Assembly (NCBI GenBank): GCA_945878135.1
Contig: CAMDUL010000010.1
Span: forward strand, 10,022-74,021
Direction: 5' to 3'
DNA from: Chthoniobacter flavus
GTDB taxonomy: Bacteria > Verrucomicrobiota > Verrucomicrobiia > Chthoniobacterales > JACTMZ01
DNA: 64,000 nucleotides
The position numbers and the translations under genes were made by a program. Below the pieces are notes generated by a model, which saw only the letters and a program-made list of their open reading frames with translations, did no database searches and was not told the DNA's origin. Positions 48,275-57,332 of this stretch are shown here, in pieces (within the stretch, counting starts at the first letter, position 1; every line of letters begins with the position of its first letter).

Positions 48275-49024
48275 ATGAGCCGAACTGCGATTCTCCTCCT
48301 TGTCATGGCAAGTGTGGCCTGGCCAGCGTGGGCCCGGGCGGCGGAACAAAAACCGGTGTTGATGGTCCTGACCAGCCATGCGCAATTGGGTGATACGGGC
48401 AAGACGACCGGATTTTTTCTCGGTGAAGTGACGCATCCGCTTGAGGTGTTCGAGAAGGCCGGTCTGACGGTGGAGCTTGTCTCGATCAAAGGCGGTGAAC
48501 CGCCGGTCGATGGTCTTGATTTGGACGATCCGGTCAACGCGCGTTATTGGAACGATCCGGCGTTTCGTGCCAAGTTGTCCGCGACGAAGAAGCTGGCTGA
48601 GGTCAACCCGACGGACTTCGCGGGTGTTTATTTCTCCGGGGGCCATGGGACGATGTGGGATTTTCCGGATGACGAGGCCGTGCAAAAAGCGGCGCGCGAA
48701 GTCTACGAGGCGGGCGCGCCGGTCGGTGCGGTGTGCCATGGCCCTGCGGCGTTGGTCAATGTGAAGCTCTCCGACGGCAGCTATCTGGTCGATGGCAAGG
48801 AGGTCAGTGCTTTTACCAATCAGGAGGAGGAGAAGGTGGGGCTGACCGAGGTGGTTCCGTTTTTGCTCGCGACGAAGTTGGAGGAGCGCGGTGCGAAGCA
48901 TCTGCCGGCCCCGGATTTCGAGAAGCAGGTGGCGGTCAGTGGGCGCCTGGTCACGGGGCAGAATCCGGCTTCGGCTGCCGGAGTGGCGGAGAAGATGGTT
49001 GAAATGCTAAAGGGCCAGCCCTGA
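48275..49024 (+). CDS. DJ-1/PfpI (Hsp31-like) protein with signal peptide
   Basis: TGFFLGE..HP, GGHGTMWD, AVCHGP, LVTGQNPAS. Confidence 0.92.
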   Translation: MSRTAILLLVMASVAWPAWARAAEQKPVLMVLTSHAQLGDTGKTTGFFLGEVTHPLEVFEKAGLTVELVSIKGGEPPVDGLDLDDPVNARYWNDPAFRAKLSATKKLAEVNPTDFAGVYFSGGHGTMWDFPDDEAVQKAAREVYEAGAPVGAVCHGPAALVNVKLSDGSYLVDGKEVSAFTNQEEEKVGLTEVVPFLLATKLEERGAKHLPAPDFEKQVAVSGRLVTGQNPASAAGVAEKMVEMLKGQP

Positions 49025-49078
49025 TTCGAGCGGGTCAGCGTATAGAAAATACCAGGGACAAGCCTATACCTTGCCCCC

Positions 49079-49207
49079 GTGGCCGTCGGCAGCTACCGCG
49101 TCATTTTTGAATACGAAATGATCGGCGGAAAGCGGACGGCGACCTGCGTTTTTGCCGGGGCGCGGCGCTGGGTTTACGAGACCTTCCAGAGCCGGCTGAT
49201 GGAATAA
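49079..49207 (+). pseudogene. RelE/ParE-like toxin C-terminal remnant
   Basis: VAVGSYRVIFEY...CVFAGARRWVYETF resembles the RelE R.G.YR.IF...R..VY region; N-terminal half and antitoxin missing. Confidence 0.55.
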
Positions 49208-49289
49208 AAATTGAACAGAAGCTAACGAAGGAAACGAAGGGGAGACGGACCTGGTTTGTGTTTGGCCCTTTGTTTCCTTTTGTTAAAAA

Positions 49290-49772
49290 TCAGTTCAGCT
49301 CGGCCAACTTGGCTTTGATCGCTTCAAAGTCCGGCAGTTCGCGCGGGTCGTCGTGGGATTCGGCGTATTGAATGACACCGTTTTTGTCGACGATGAAGGC
49401 CGAGCGTTTGGCCACGCCGCCCATGGGGAGATTCAACTGCGGGGCGAATTGTTCGTAGGCGATGCCGTAGGCTTGGGCGACTTTGTGGTCGTAGTCGCTG
49501 GCCAGGGTGACGTTGATGGCTTCTTTTTGGGCCCAGGCTTCCTGCGCGAAGGGATTGTCGCCGCTGATGCCGATGACGGTGGCTCCGGCGAAGTCGGCGA
49601 GGCCTTTCGAGACGGAGCAGAATTCGTCGGTGCAGACGCTGGTGTAGACCATGGGGAAGAAAAGAAGGACGACGTTTTGGCCTTTGTGGTCGGAGAGTTT
49701 GACCAGGTTGAGGCCATCGGCGTTTTTGGACGAGAGGGCAAAGTCGGGGGCGGTGGATCCTACGTTGAGCAT
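49290..49772 (-). CDS. Peroxiredoxin (AhpC/TSA, 1-Cys AhpE-like)
   Basis: APDFAL, FFPMVYTSVCTDE (PxxxTxxC), KRSAFIVD. Confidence 0.9.
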   Translation of the reverse strand: MLNVGSTAPDFALSSKNADGLNLVKLSDHKGQNVVLLFFPMVYTSVCTDEFCSVSKGLADFAGATVIGISGDNPFAQEAWAQKEAINVTLASDYDHKVAQAYGIAYEQFAPQLNLPMGGVAKRSAFIVDKNGVIQYAESHDDPRELPDFEAIKAKLAELN

Positions 49773-49848
49773 GGGAATAGTTGAGAGCTAAGAGATGAGG
49801 GTTGAGAGATTAGGAGGATGAGAAGATGAGCGAGAGGGTGATAACGCG

Positions 49849-51234
49849 TCAAGGACGGGTCATGGCTTCGGGGTTGACCCACTGGTCGAATTGTTCGCCG
49901 GTGAGGTGGCCCGAAGCGACGGCGGCTTCGCGGAGGCTGCTTTTTTCTTTGTGCGCTTTTTTGGCGATCTGCGCGGCTTTGTCGTAACCGATGTGCGGGT
50001 TGAGCGCGGTAACGAGCATGAGCGAGTCCTGCACGTAATGGTTGATGCGCTCCATATTCGGTTCGATGCCGATCGCGCAGTGGTGGTTGAAGGAATGGCA
50101 GGCGTCGGTCAGCAACCGGACGGAATGGAGGAAGTTGTGGATGATGACGGGCTTGAAGACGTTTAGTTCGAAATTGCCCTGCGATCCGGCGAAGCCGATG
50201 GCGGCATCGTTGCCCATGACTTGGCAGCAGACCATGGTCATGGCCTCGCTTTGGGTCGGGTTGACTTTGCCCGGCATGATGGACGAGCCGGGTTCGTTTT
50301 CGGGAATGGTCAACTCGCCGAGTCCGCAACGCGGTCCGCTGGCCAGCCAGCGGATGTCGTTGGCGATTTTCATCAGCGAGCAGGCGAGGGTCTTCAATGC
50401 ACCCGAAGCGAAGACGAATTCATCGTGGGCCGAGAGGGCGGCGAACTTGTTGGGATTCGAGGTGAAGGGGAGTCCGGTGAGGTCGGCGATTTTTTTCGCG
50501 GCGCGGTCGCCGAATTCGGGGTGGGAGTTGAGTCCGGTGCCGACCGCGGTGCCGCCGATGCCGAGGGACATGACGCCGGGGAGGGTCATTTCGATGCGCG
50601 CGAGGTCGGCGTCGAGGAGCGCGACGTAGCCGGAGAATTCTTGTCCGAGCGTGATCGGCGTGGCGTCCTGCAGGTGCGTGCGGCCGATTTTGACGATGCC
50701 GGCGAAAGCCTTGGCCTTGGCGTCGAGCGTGTCGCGGAGTTCGCGGACGGCGGGAAGAAGTTTGTGCACGACGACCTCGGCCGCGGCGATGGACATGGCG
50801 GTCGGGAAGGTGTCGTTCGACGACTGCGACATGTTGACGTGGTCGTTGGGATGGACCGGGGTTTTCGATCCCATTTCGCCGCCGGCCATTTCGATGGCGC
50901 GATTCGAGATGACCTCGTTGGCGTTCATGTTGCTCTGGGTGCCGGAGCCGGTCTGCCAGATGCGCAGGGGGAAATGGTCGTCGAGTCGGCCGGAGATGAC
51001 TTCGTCGGCGGCTTGCGCGATGAGCGCGGCTGTGTCGGCGGGGAGTTTGCCGAGGTCCTGATTGACGAGGGCGCAGGCCTTTTTCAGCACGCCGAGGGCC
51101 CGGATGAGTTCGCGCGGTTTGGTGTCGTCGCCGATGTCGAAGTGGACGAGCGAGCGGGCGGTTTGCGCGCCGTAGTAGCGGTCGGCGGGAACCTCGATGG
51201 CTCCCATGGAGTCGGTTTCAGAGCGGGTTTTCAC
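49849..51234 (-). CDS. fumC: Fumarate hydratase class II
   Basis: [41 protein letters not shown]. Confidence 0.97.
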   Translation of the reverse strand: MKTRSETDSMGAIEVPADRYYGAQTARSLVHFDIGDDTKPRELIRALGVLKKACALVNQDLGKLPADTAALIAQAADEVISGRLDDHFPLRIWQTGSGTQSNMNANEVISNRAIEMAGGEMGSKTPVHPNDHVNMSQSSNDTFPTAMSIAAAEVVVHKLLPAVRELRDTLDAKAKAFAGIVKIGRTHLQDATPITLGQEFSGYVALLDADLARIEMTLPGVMSLGIGGTAVGTGLNSHPEFGDRAAKKIADLTGLPFTSNPNKFAALSAHDEFVFASGALKTLACSLMKIANDIRWLASGPRCGLGELTIPENEPGSSIMPGKVNPTQSEAMTMVCCQVMGNDAAIGFAGSQGNFELNVFKPVIIHNFLHSVRLLTDACHSFNHHCAIGIEPNMERINHYVQDSLMLVTALNPHIGYDKAAQIAKKAHKEKSSLREAAVASGHLTGEQFDQWVNPEAMTRP

Positions 51235-51251
51235 GGGCTGAGGAAAGAAAG

Positions 51252-51335
51252 TGGTGCTCGGGGGGGGACTTGAACCCCCATGCCTTGCGGCATACGCCCC
51301 TCAAACGTACGTGTCTGCCATTTCACCACCCGAGC
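51252..51335 (-). tRNA. tRNA-Leu (GAG)
   Basis: GCTCGGG acceptor stem, TGG D-loop, TACGT-TTGAGGG-GCGTA anticodon arm, long variable arm, GGTTCAAGTCC, encoded CCA. Confidence 0.95.
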
Positions 51336-51435
51336 GTAGGTCCCAAGCATAACGGACCCCTGCGCGGGTGCAAGTTTTTCAGTGTATCCGTCTGGACTCT
51401 GTCCGTCGGGAGGAGCAATTTCAGTTTCCCGCACG

Positions 51436-54400
51436 ATGAACAAGACCCTGGAGTTTACCCTCAACGGCGAGGCGATCTGTCTGGTCGATGTGTCGCCGAA
51501 CACACCGCTGCTCGACTGGTTGCGGTCCTCGGGGCGCACCGGGTCGAAAGAGGGATGTGCGGAGGGCGACTGCGGCGCGTGTTCGGTGGCGATGATCGAG
51601 GCCGATGCGCGGGGGCGTGCGGTCTGGCGGTCCTTCAACAGCTGCCTGACCCCGCTCGCGCTGGTCCAGGGGCGGGAAATTGTCACGGTCGAAGGGCTGG
51701 GCAACGGGAAGCTGCACCCGGTCCAGCAATGCATGGTGGCCAACCACGGGTCGCAATGCGGCTATTGCACGCCGGGGATCATCATGTCGTTGTTCGAGGG
51801 GTATTACCGCCGGGACCTCGACCGCGATTGGCAGCTGAACGACCAGCTTTGCGGAAATCTCTGCCGTTGCACGGGGTATCGTCCGATCCGGCAGGCCGCG
51901 CTGGAATCCTGGGAAGCGGCGGAAAATGCGGCGAAGGACGAATTCGGGCGGAGATTGAAAAAGGCGGAGGCGGTCCCCGCGGCGGCGGAATACGAAGGCG
52001 GCGAGGCGAAGTTTTTCCGTCCGGATTCCTTGAAAGACTTGTTCCGCCTGCGCAAAAAGCATCCCGAGGCACGTCTCATTGCGGGGGCGACCGAGTTGGG
52101 ACTGGAAATCAGCAAGCGCTTCAAGAAGTTCCCGGCTTTGATTTCCCTCGAATCGGTGCCGGAACTGCGCCGCCTCGAGAAAAAGAAAAGCTGCTGGCAC
52201 ATCGGCGGAGCAGTGACCTTGACGCAATTGGGCGAGGCCATCGCGGAGGATTTTCCCATGTGGGCCAAGATGCTCTGGGTCTTCGGCGCGCGCCAGATCC
52301 GCAACCGCGCGACGCTGGGGGGGAATTTGGTCACGGCTTCGCCGATCGGCGATTCCGCTCCGGTCTTGCTCGCCTTGGGCGCGGACGTCGTGCTGGCTTC
52401 GCCCCGGGGCAAGCGCACGGTCCCCATGGCGGATTTCTTCACCGGCTACCGCAAGACGGCGCTCAAGCCGGATGAAATTCTGCTCGAGGTGACGGTCGGA
52501 GCGGGCGCGCCGCCGAAAGGCCTGACGCGTCGCCGTGAGTGGTTCAAGGTTTCCAAGCGGCGCGAGATGGACATCAGCACGGTGTCCGCGGCCTTCCAGG
52601 TCGAGACCGACCGCAACCATGTCGTGACCGACGTCCGTCTGGCGTTCGGCGGCGTGGCGGCCACGCCGGCACGGGCCGTGCGGACCGAAAAATTTCTCCG
52701 CGGCAAGGTATGGAACGAAGAAACCGTGGCCGGGGCCTGTACGGTGCTGGCCAAGGAATTCCAACCGATCAGCGATGCGCGCGGCGGCGCCGATTACCGG
52801 GCGGGATTGATTGTCAGTCTGCTCGAGAAATTTTACCGCGAACCCGCATGGTCCGAGGACACTGCGCCTTTGCCCGAACCGGTCGTCCCGGCCGACCGTC
52901 CGCTGCCCCACGAAAGCGCGGCCAAGCATGTCACCGGCGAGGCGCTTTACACCGATGACATCGCCCTGCGCGGCGGTCGGGCTCTCGAGGTCTGGCCGGT
53001 GCACTCGCCGCATGCCCGCGCCAAGATCAAGAAGTTGGATGTCTCCGCCGCGCGCAAAATGCCCGGCATTCATGCCGTGCTCACGGCGTCCGATGTTCCC
53101 GGGATCAACGACATCGGGGCGGTGCGCAAGGATGAGGAACTTCTCGCCGCGACGGTGGCGCAATTCCACGGACACATAGTTGCCGTGGTGGTCGGCGAAA
53201 CGGCCGACCAGTGCCGCGCCGCGGCGGAGAAGATTGTCGCCAGCTACGAAGTGTTGAAGCCGGTGCTGACCATCGAGCAGGGGATCGCGGAGCAGAGTTT
53301 CCACAGCGAACCGAATTTCATGCGCCGCGGCGACGTCGATGCGGCGCTGGCCGCCGCGCCTCGTCTTCTGGAAGGAACCTTCTCCCTCGGCGGGCAGGAC
53401 CATTTTTATCTCGAGATGCAGGCCGCCTACGCCGAACCGGGCGAGGACGGGACGGTCCACGTCACCAGTTCGACCCAGCATCCGACCGAGGTGCAGCACG
53501 GGGTGGCGCACGTTTTGGGGATCCCGTCGAACAAGGTCGTGGTCACCGTGCCGCGGATGGGCGGCGGCTTCGGGGGCAAGGAAACCCAGGCCGCCACGCC
53601 GGCCGCGCTGGCCGCGTTGGCCGCGCAGGTCACCGGGCGTCCGGCGCGTATGCGTTTCAACCGCGATCAGGACATGATGCTGACGGGGAAACGTCATCCC
53701 TTCCTCGCCAAGTTCACCGTCGGCTATGACAATGAGGGCCGCTTGCTCGCCTTGAAATCGGCGCACTACTCGAATGGCGGCTGGGCGCTGGATTTGTCCA
53801 TGCCGGTGACCGACCGCGCCATGTTCCATACGGACAACTGCTATTACATCCCGAACGTCGAGTTGCGCGGGCAGGTGGTGAAGACCAACCTGGCTTCGAA
53901 TACCGCCTTCCGCGGCTTCGGAGGTCCGCAGGGCATGCTGATCATCGAGGAAATCATCGACCGCATTGCGCGCCAGTTGGATTTGCCGCCGGAAGTGGTG
54001 CGTGAGCGGAATCTTTACCATGGCTCGGGCGAGACCAACACCACGCACTACGGTCAGGAGATCGAGGACAACCGCATCCAGCAGGTCTGGCACGATCTGC
54101 GCGGGAACTCGGATTTCTCCGCCCGCCGCGCGGAGATCGAGGCGTGGAATGCGGCGCATCCGCACCGCAAGCGCGGGCTGGCTATGACCCCGGTGAAGTT
54201 CGGCATTTCCTTCACCAACACCATGCTGAACCAAGCCGGGGCGTTGGTGCTGGTTTACACGGACGGTTCCGTCCAGGTGAACCACGGCGGCACGGAAATG
54301 GGCCAGGGGATCAACACCAACATGACGGCCATCGCGGCGCGGGCCCTGGGGCTTCCGGCGGAAAACATCCGCGTGATGTCCACCGCGACGGACAAGGTCC

Positions 54401-55251
54401 CGAACACATCGGCCACCGCCGCCTCGAGCGGCACGGACATGAACGGCATGGCGGTGCAGGACGCGTGCGAGCAAATCATCGCGCGGTTGCGTCCGGTCGC
54501 GGCCGAAATGCTTTCTTCCAAGCTCGGCAAGACCTGCGGGGCGGATGACGTCGGGTTCCGTGACGGACGCGTCTTTCATGCCAAGCATCCGGCCGAGTTT
54601 CTCGGGTTCCGCGACGTCGCCCAGAAAGCGTGGATGCAACGCGTGAGTCTGGCTGCAACGGGTTACTACCGCACGCCGGAGATCCACTGGGACCGCGACG
54701 CGGGGAAGGGGCATCCGTTTTATTATTTCGCCGTCGGTGCGGCGGTCAGCGAGGTGGAAGTCGACGGTTTCACCGGGGACCTGCAGGTGCGGCGGGTCGA
54801 TATTCTTCATGACTGCGGGCAGTCGATCAACGAGGGGATCAACCGCGGACAAATCGAGGGCGGTTTTGTCCAAGGTGTGGGTTGGCTGACCGCGGAGGAA
54901 CTTGTCTGGAATCGCGAGGGCAAACTGCTCACGCATTCGCCGGACACCTACAAAATTCCCGCGGTGGGCGACATGCCGCGGGATTTCCGCGTGCGATTGC
55001 TGGCCGACGCGCCGAATCCGAAGCAGACGATCGGGCGGAGCAAGGCGGTGGGCGAACCACCCTTCATGCTGGCCATCTCGGTGCGGGAAGCGATCCGCGA
55101 TGCGGTGGCGGCGTTCGGTCCGGGCGGACGGCAAGTGCGTTTGTCCTCACCGGCCACGGGCGAAGCCATTTTCCGCGCCATCCGTGAACAACAGATGCCG
55201 GACTTCAAGGGCGCGCCAGTCGAGGCGGTGCCCCGCGGGGTCTTGGTGTAG
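51436..55251 (+). CDS. xdhAB: Xanthine dehydrogenase, fused XdhA (2Fe-2S/FAD) + XdhB (molybdopterin)
   Basis: GCAEGDCGAC, SQCGYCTPG, GNLCRCTGY, RMGGGFGGKE, AFRGFGGPQG, SKAVGEPP. Confidence 0.93.
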   Translation: MNKTLEFTLNGEAICLVDVSPNTPLLDWLRSSGRTGSKEGCAEGDCGACSVAMIEADARGRAVWRSFNSCLTPLALVQGREIVTVEGLGNGKLHPVQQCMVANHGSQCGYCTPGIIMSLFEGYYRRDLDRDWQLNDQLCGNLCRCTGYRPIRQAALESWEAAENAAKDEFGRRLKKAEAVPAAAEYEGGEAKFFRPDSLKDLFRLRKKHPEARLIAGATELGLEISKRFKKFPALISLESVPELRRLEKKKSCWHIGGAVTLTQLGEAIAEDFPMWAKMLWVFGARQIRNRATLGGNLVTASPIGDSAPVLLALGADVVLASPRGKRTVPMADFFTGYRKTALKPDEILLEVTVGAGAPPKGLTRRREWFKVSKRREMDISTVSAAFQVETDRNHVVTDVRLAFGGVAATPARAVRTEKFLRGKVWNEETVAGACTVLAKEFQPISDARGGADYRAGLIVSLLEKFYREPAWSEDTAPLPEPVVPADRPLPHESAAKHVTGEALYTDDIALRGGRALEVWPVHSPHARAKIKKLDVSAARKMPGIHAVLTASDVPGINDIGAVRKDEELLAATVAQFHGHIVAVVVGETADQCRAAAEKIVASYEVLKPVLTIEQGIAEQSFHSEPNFMRRGDVDAALAAAPRLLEGTFSLGGQDHFYLEMQAAYAEPGEDGTVHVTSSTQHPTEVQHGVAHVLGIPSNKVVVTVPRMGGGFGGKETQAATPAALAALAAQVTGRPARMRFNRDQDMMLTGKRHPFLAKFTVGYDNEGRLLALKSAHYSNGGWALDLSMPVTDRAMFHTDNCYYIPNVELRGQVVKTNLASNTAFRGFGGPQGMLIIEEIIDRIARQLDLPPEVVRERNLYHGSGETNTTHYGQEIEDNRIQQVWHDLRGNSDFSARRAEIEAWNAAHPHRKRGLAMTPVKFGISFTNTMLNQAGALVLVYTDGSVQVNHGGTEMGQGINTNMTAIAARALGLPAENIRVMSTATDKVPNTSATAASSGTDMNGMAVQDACEQIIARLRPVAAEMLSSKLGKTCGADDVGFRDGRVFHAKHPAEFLGFRDVAQKAWMQRVSLAATGYYRTPEIHWDRDAGKGHPFYYFAVGAAVSEVEVDGFTGDLQVRRVDILHDCGQSINEGINRGQIEGGFVQGVGWLTAEELVWNREGKLLTHSPDTYKIPAVGDMPRDFRVRLLADAPNPKQTIGRSKAVGEPPFMLAISVREAIRDAVAAFGPGGRQVRLSSPATGEAIFRAIREQQMPDFKGAPVEAVPRGVLV

Positions 55252-55302
55252 CGGCGGCGCTACGGGGTTGGCTTTCCCCGCGGTGCCTGCTAGAGAACTC
55301 CC

Positions 55303-55449
55303 ATGGTCACCCAAGATCCCGAAGATCGTTTCATCCGCAATTTGCTCATTCTGGCCGCCACCGGCGCGGCGGTGGGCCTGCTCACGGTGGCCACCGTCGT
55401 TACGGTGATGGTCAGTGCCAATTTCAACATCCTCAATTGGATGGAGTAG
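55303..55449 (+). CDS. Small single-TM membrane protein (48 aa)
   Basis: MVTQDPEDRFIRNLLILAATGAAVGLLTVATVVTVMVSANFNILNWME*; below the ORF-track length cutoff. Confidence 0.55.
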   Translation: MVTQDPEDRFIRNLLILAATGAAVGLLTVATVVTVMVSANFNILNWME

Positions 55450-55495
55450 GAAAGGCTTGCTCTCCCATGGGCAGCCCGATACTGTCCCGCCCCTT

Positions 55496-55705
55496 ATGCC
55501 GAAACCGGTAGCACGCAGAAAAACAAAAAAGGCGGTGGCCAAGCGATTCAAGGTCACCGCTACCGGCAAGGTCCTCCGCGCCCAGGCTTCCCGACGTCAC
55601 TTGTTGTCGTCGAAGAGCGCCAAGCGCAAGCGTCAGCTCGCCAAGAACGTCCTCGTGGACGTGACCGACGTGGCCCGCATCAAAGAGAACCTGCCGTTTG
55701 GCTGA
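55496..55705 (+). CDS. rpmI: 50S ribosomal protein L35
   Basis: KTKKAVAKRFKVTATGKV...HLLSSKSAKRKR. Confidence 0.95.
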   Translation: MPKPVARRKTKKAVAKRFKVTATGKVLRAQASRRHLLSSKSAKRKRQLAKNVLVDVTDVARIKENLPFG

Positions 55706-55824
55706 AAATTGACGCCGGCCGACGCACCTGGCTCCGCGAATCGGGGCTCACGGGATGGGTGAGGTGCGGGGCCGAACAACGAAACGATCCGTCCCGAGGA
55801 GACCGCCGCAAGGCGGGACAATAA

Positions 55825-56187
55825 ATGCCAAGAGCAACAAACGCGCCGGCCAGTCGTGAGCGGCGCAAAACGATGGTGTCGAAGGCCAAGGGTTACCGCG
55901 GCCGTCGCAGCAAACTCTTCCGCTACGCCAAAGACGCGCGGATGAAAGCGCAGGTCTGGGCGACCCGCGATCGCAAGACGCGCAAACGGAACTTCCGCGG
56001 TCTGTGGATCACGCGCATCAATGCCGCGTGCCGCGCCGAGGGGATCACCTACAGCCGCCTGATGGAGGGCCTGAAAAAGGCGTCCATCGCCATCAACCGC
56101 AAAATGCTGGCCGATCTGGCCGTGGCCGACGAGGACACGTTCAAGCAGATCGTGGCCCGCGGTGCGGCGGCGCTGAAGGCGGCTTGA
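55825..56187 (+). CDS. rplT: 50S ribosomal protein L20
   Basis: AKGYRGRRSK, RDRK.RKRNFRGLWITRINAA, NRKMLADLA. Confidence 0.97.
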   Translation: MPRATNAPASRERRKTMVSKAKGYRGRRSKLFRYAKDARMKAQVWATRDRKTRKRNFRGLWITRINAACRAEGITYSRLMEGLKKASIAINRKMLADLAVADEDTFKQIVARGAAALKAA

Positions 56188-56188
56188 T

Positions 56189-56253
56189 GGTAGGGGCACG
56201 CGGCCCGCGTGCCGGCCGGTAGGGGGCGGACGAGCGAGCCGCTCGTCCCTACC
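56189..56253. repeat. REPIN-like inverted REP pair, family 2
   Basis: GGTAGGGGCACGCGGCCCGCGTGCCG...CGGACGAGCGAGCCGCTCGTCCCTACC. Confidence 0.8.
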
Positions 56254-56312
56254 CTCCGGTGGCTCGCGGAGGCGCTCGCCCTCCACGGAACGTCCGCTAC
56301 AATTCTTCCATC

Positions 56313-57332
56313 ATGCGTGAGGAACTGAACGCCCTGCGCGGGGACGCGTTGCGGGACATTGCTGCCGCGGCGGATTTGTCCGCCCTCGAGCAGGTCCGCG
56401 TGGCTATCACCGGACGTTCCGGGCGCCTCACCCAAGCGGGCGAGCAGATGAGGCATCTGGCCAAGGAGGACCGGCCGGAGGTGGGCAAGCTGCTCCACGA
56501 GGTCCGCACCGCGGTGACCGCTGCCCTCGAGGCGCGCACCGCGGAGTTGTCCTCCGCGGCGGAGGAAGCCGAACTCGCGCAGATCGATCCGACCATGCCG
56601 GGCCGGGCGCGCGCGGTCGGCAGTCTGCACCCGTTGCAGCATTTGCAGCGCCGCGCGGTGGAGATTTTCCGCCGCATGGGTTTCGCCTTGGCCGAGGGGC
56701 CGGATATCGAGACCGAATGGCATTGTTTCGATGCCCTCAATACCCCGCCTGATCATCCGGCGCGCAACGAGCAGGACACGTTTTACCTGCCCGACGGACG
56801 CCTCTTGCGCACGCACACCTCGAGCGTGCAGATCCGCACGATGGAAAACCGGACCCCGCCGATCCGCATCATCGCGCCGGGTGCGGCTTACCGCCGGGAT
56901 GAAGTCGACGCCACGCACTTGGCGCAGTTCACCCAGATGGAAGGACTTTATGTCGATGAAGGCGTCACCCTGGGCGATCTCAAGGGCACGCTGGAATATT
57001 TTTTCCGCGAATTGTTCGGCTCCGACGCGAAGGTGCGGTTTCGTCCGCACTTTTTCCCCTTCACCGAGCCGAGCTACGAAATCGACGTGCGCGCCGCCGC
57101 GCTGGGTGGCGGCGAGCGGTGGCTCGAACTGGCCGGATGCGGCATGGTCGATCCGGCGGTCTTTGCGCAGATCAACGAACGGCGCGGCGACCAGGCGTTC
57201 GATCCGGACAAAGTGACCGGCTTCGCCTTCGGCTTCGGTCTCGAGCGCTTGGCCATGATTCTCTACGGCGTGCCGGACATCCGCATGTTTGTCGAAAACG
57301 ACCAACGGTTTCTCTCGCAATTTCCGTCATGA
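56313..57332 (+). CDS. pheS: Phenylalanyl-tRNA synthetase alpha subunit
   Basis: HPARNEQDTFY, LLRTHTS.VQIR, FPFTEPS, GFAFGFGLER. Confidence 0.97.
   Translation: MREELNALRGDALRDIAAAADLSALEQVRVAITGRSGRLTQAGEQMRHLAKEDRPEVGKLLHEVRTAVTAALEARTAELSSAAEEAELAQIDPTMPGRARAVGSLHPLQHLQRRAVEIFRRMGFALAEGPDIETEWHCFDALNTPPDHPARNEQDTFYLPDGRLLRTHTSSVQIRTMENRTPPIRIIAPGAAYRRDEVDATHLAQFTQMEGLYVDEGVTLGDLKGTLEYFFRELFGSDAKVRFRPHFFPFTEPSYEIDVRAAALGGGERWLELAGCGMVDPAVFAQINERRGDQAFDPDKVTGFAFGFGLERLAMILYGVPDIRMFVENDQRFLSQFPS

Noticed and set aside
51252-51335. tRNA-Leu as an integration site
   Set aside because: No integrase nearby, no duplicated tRNA 3' end seen, and the flanks are housekeeping genes
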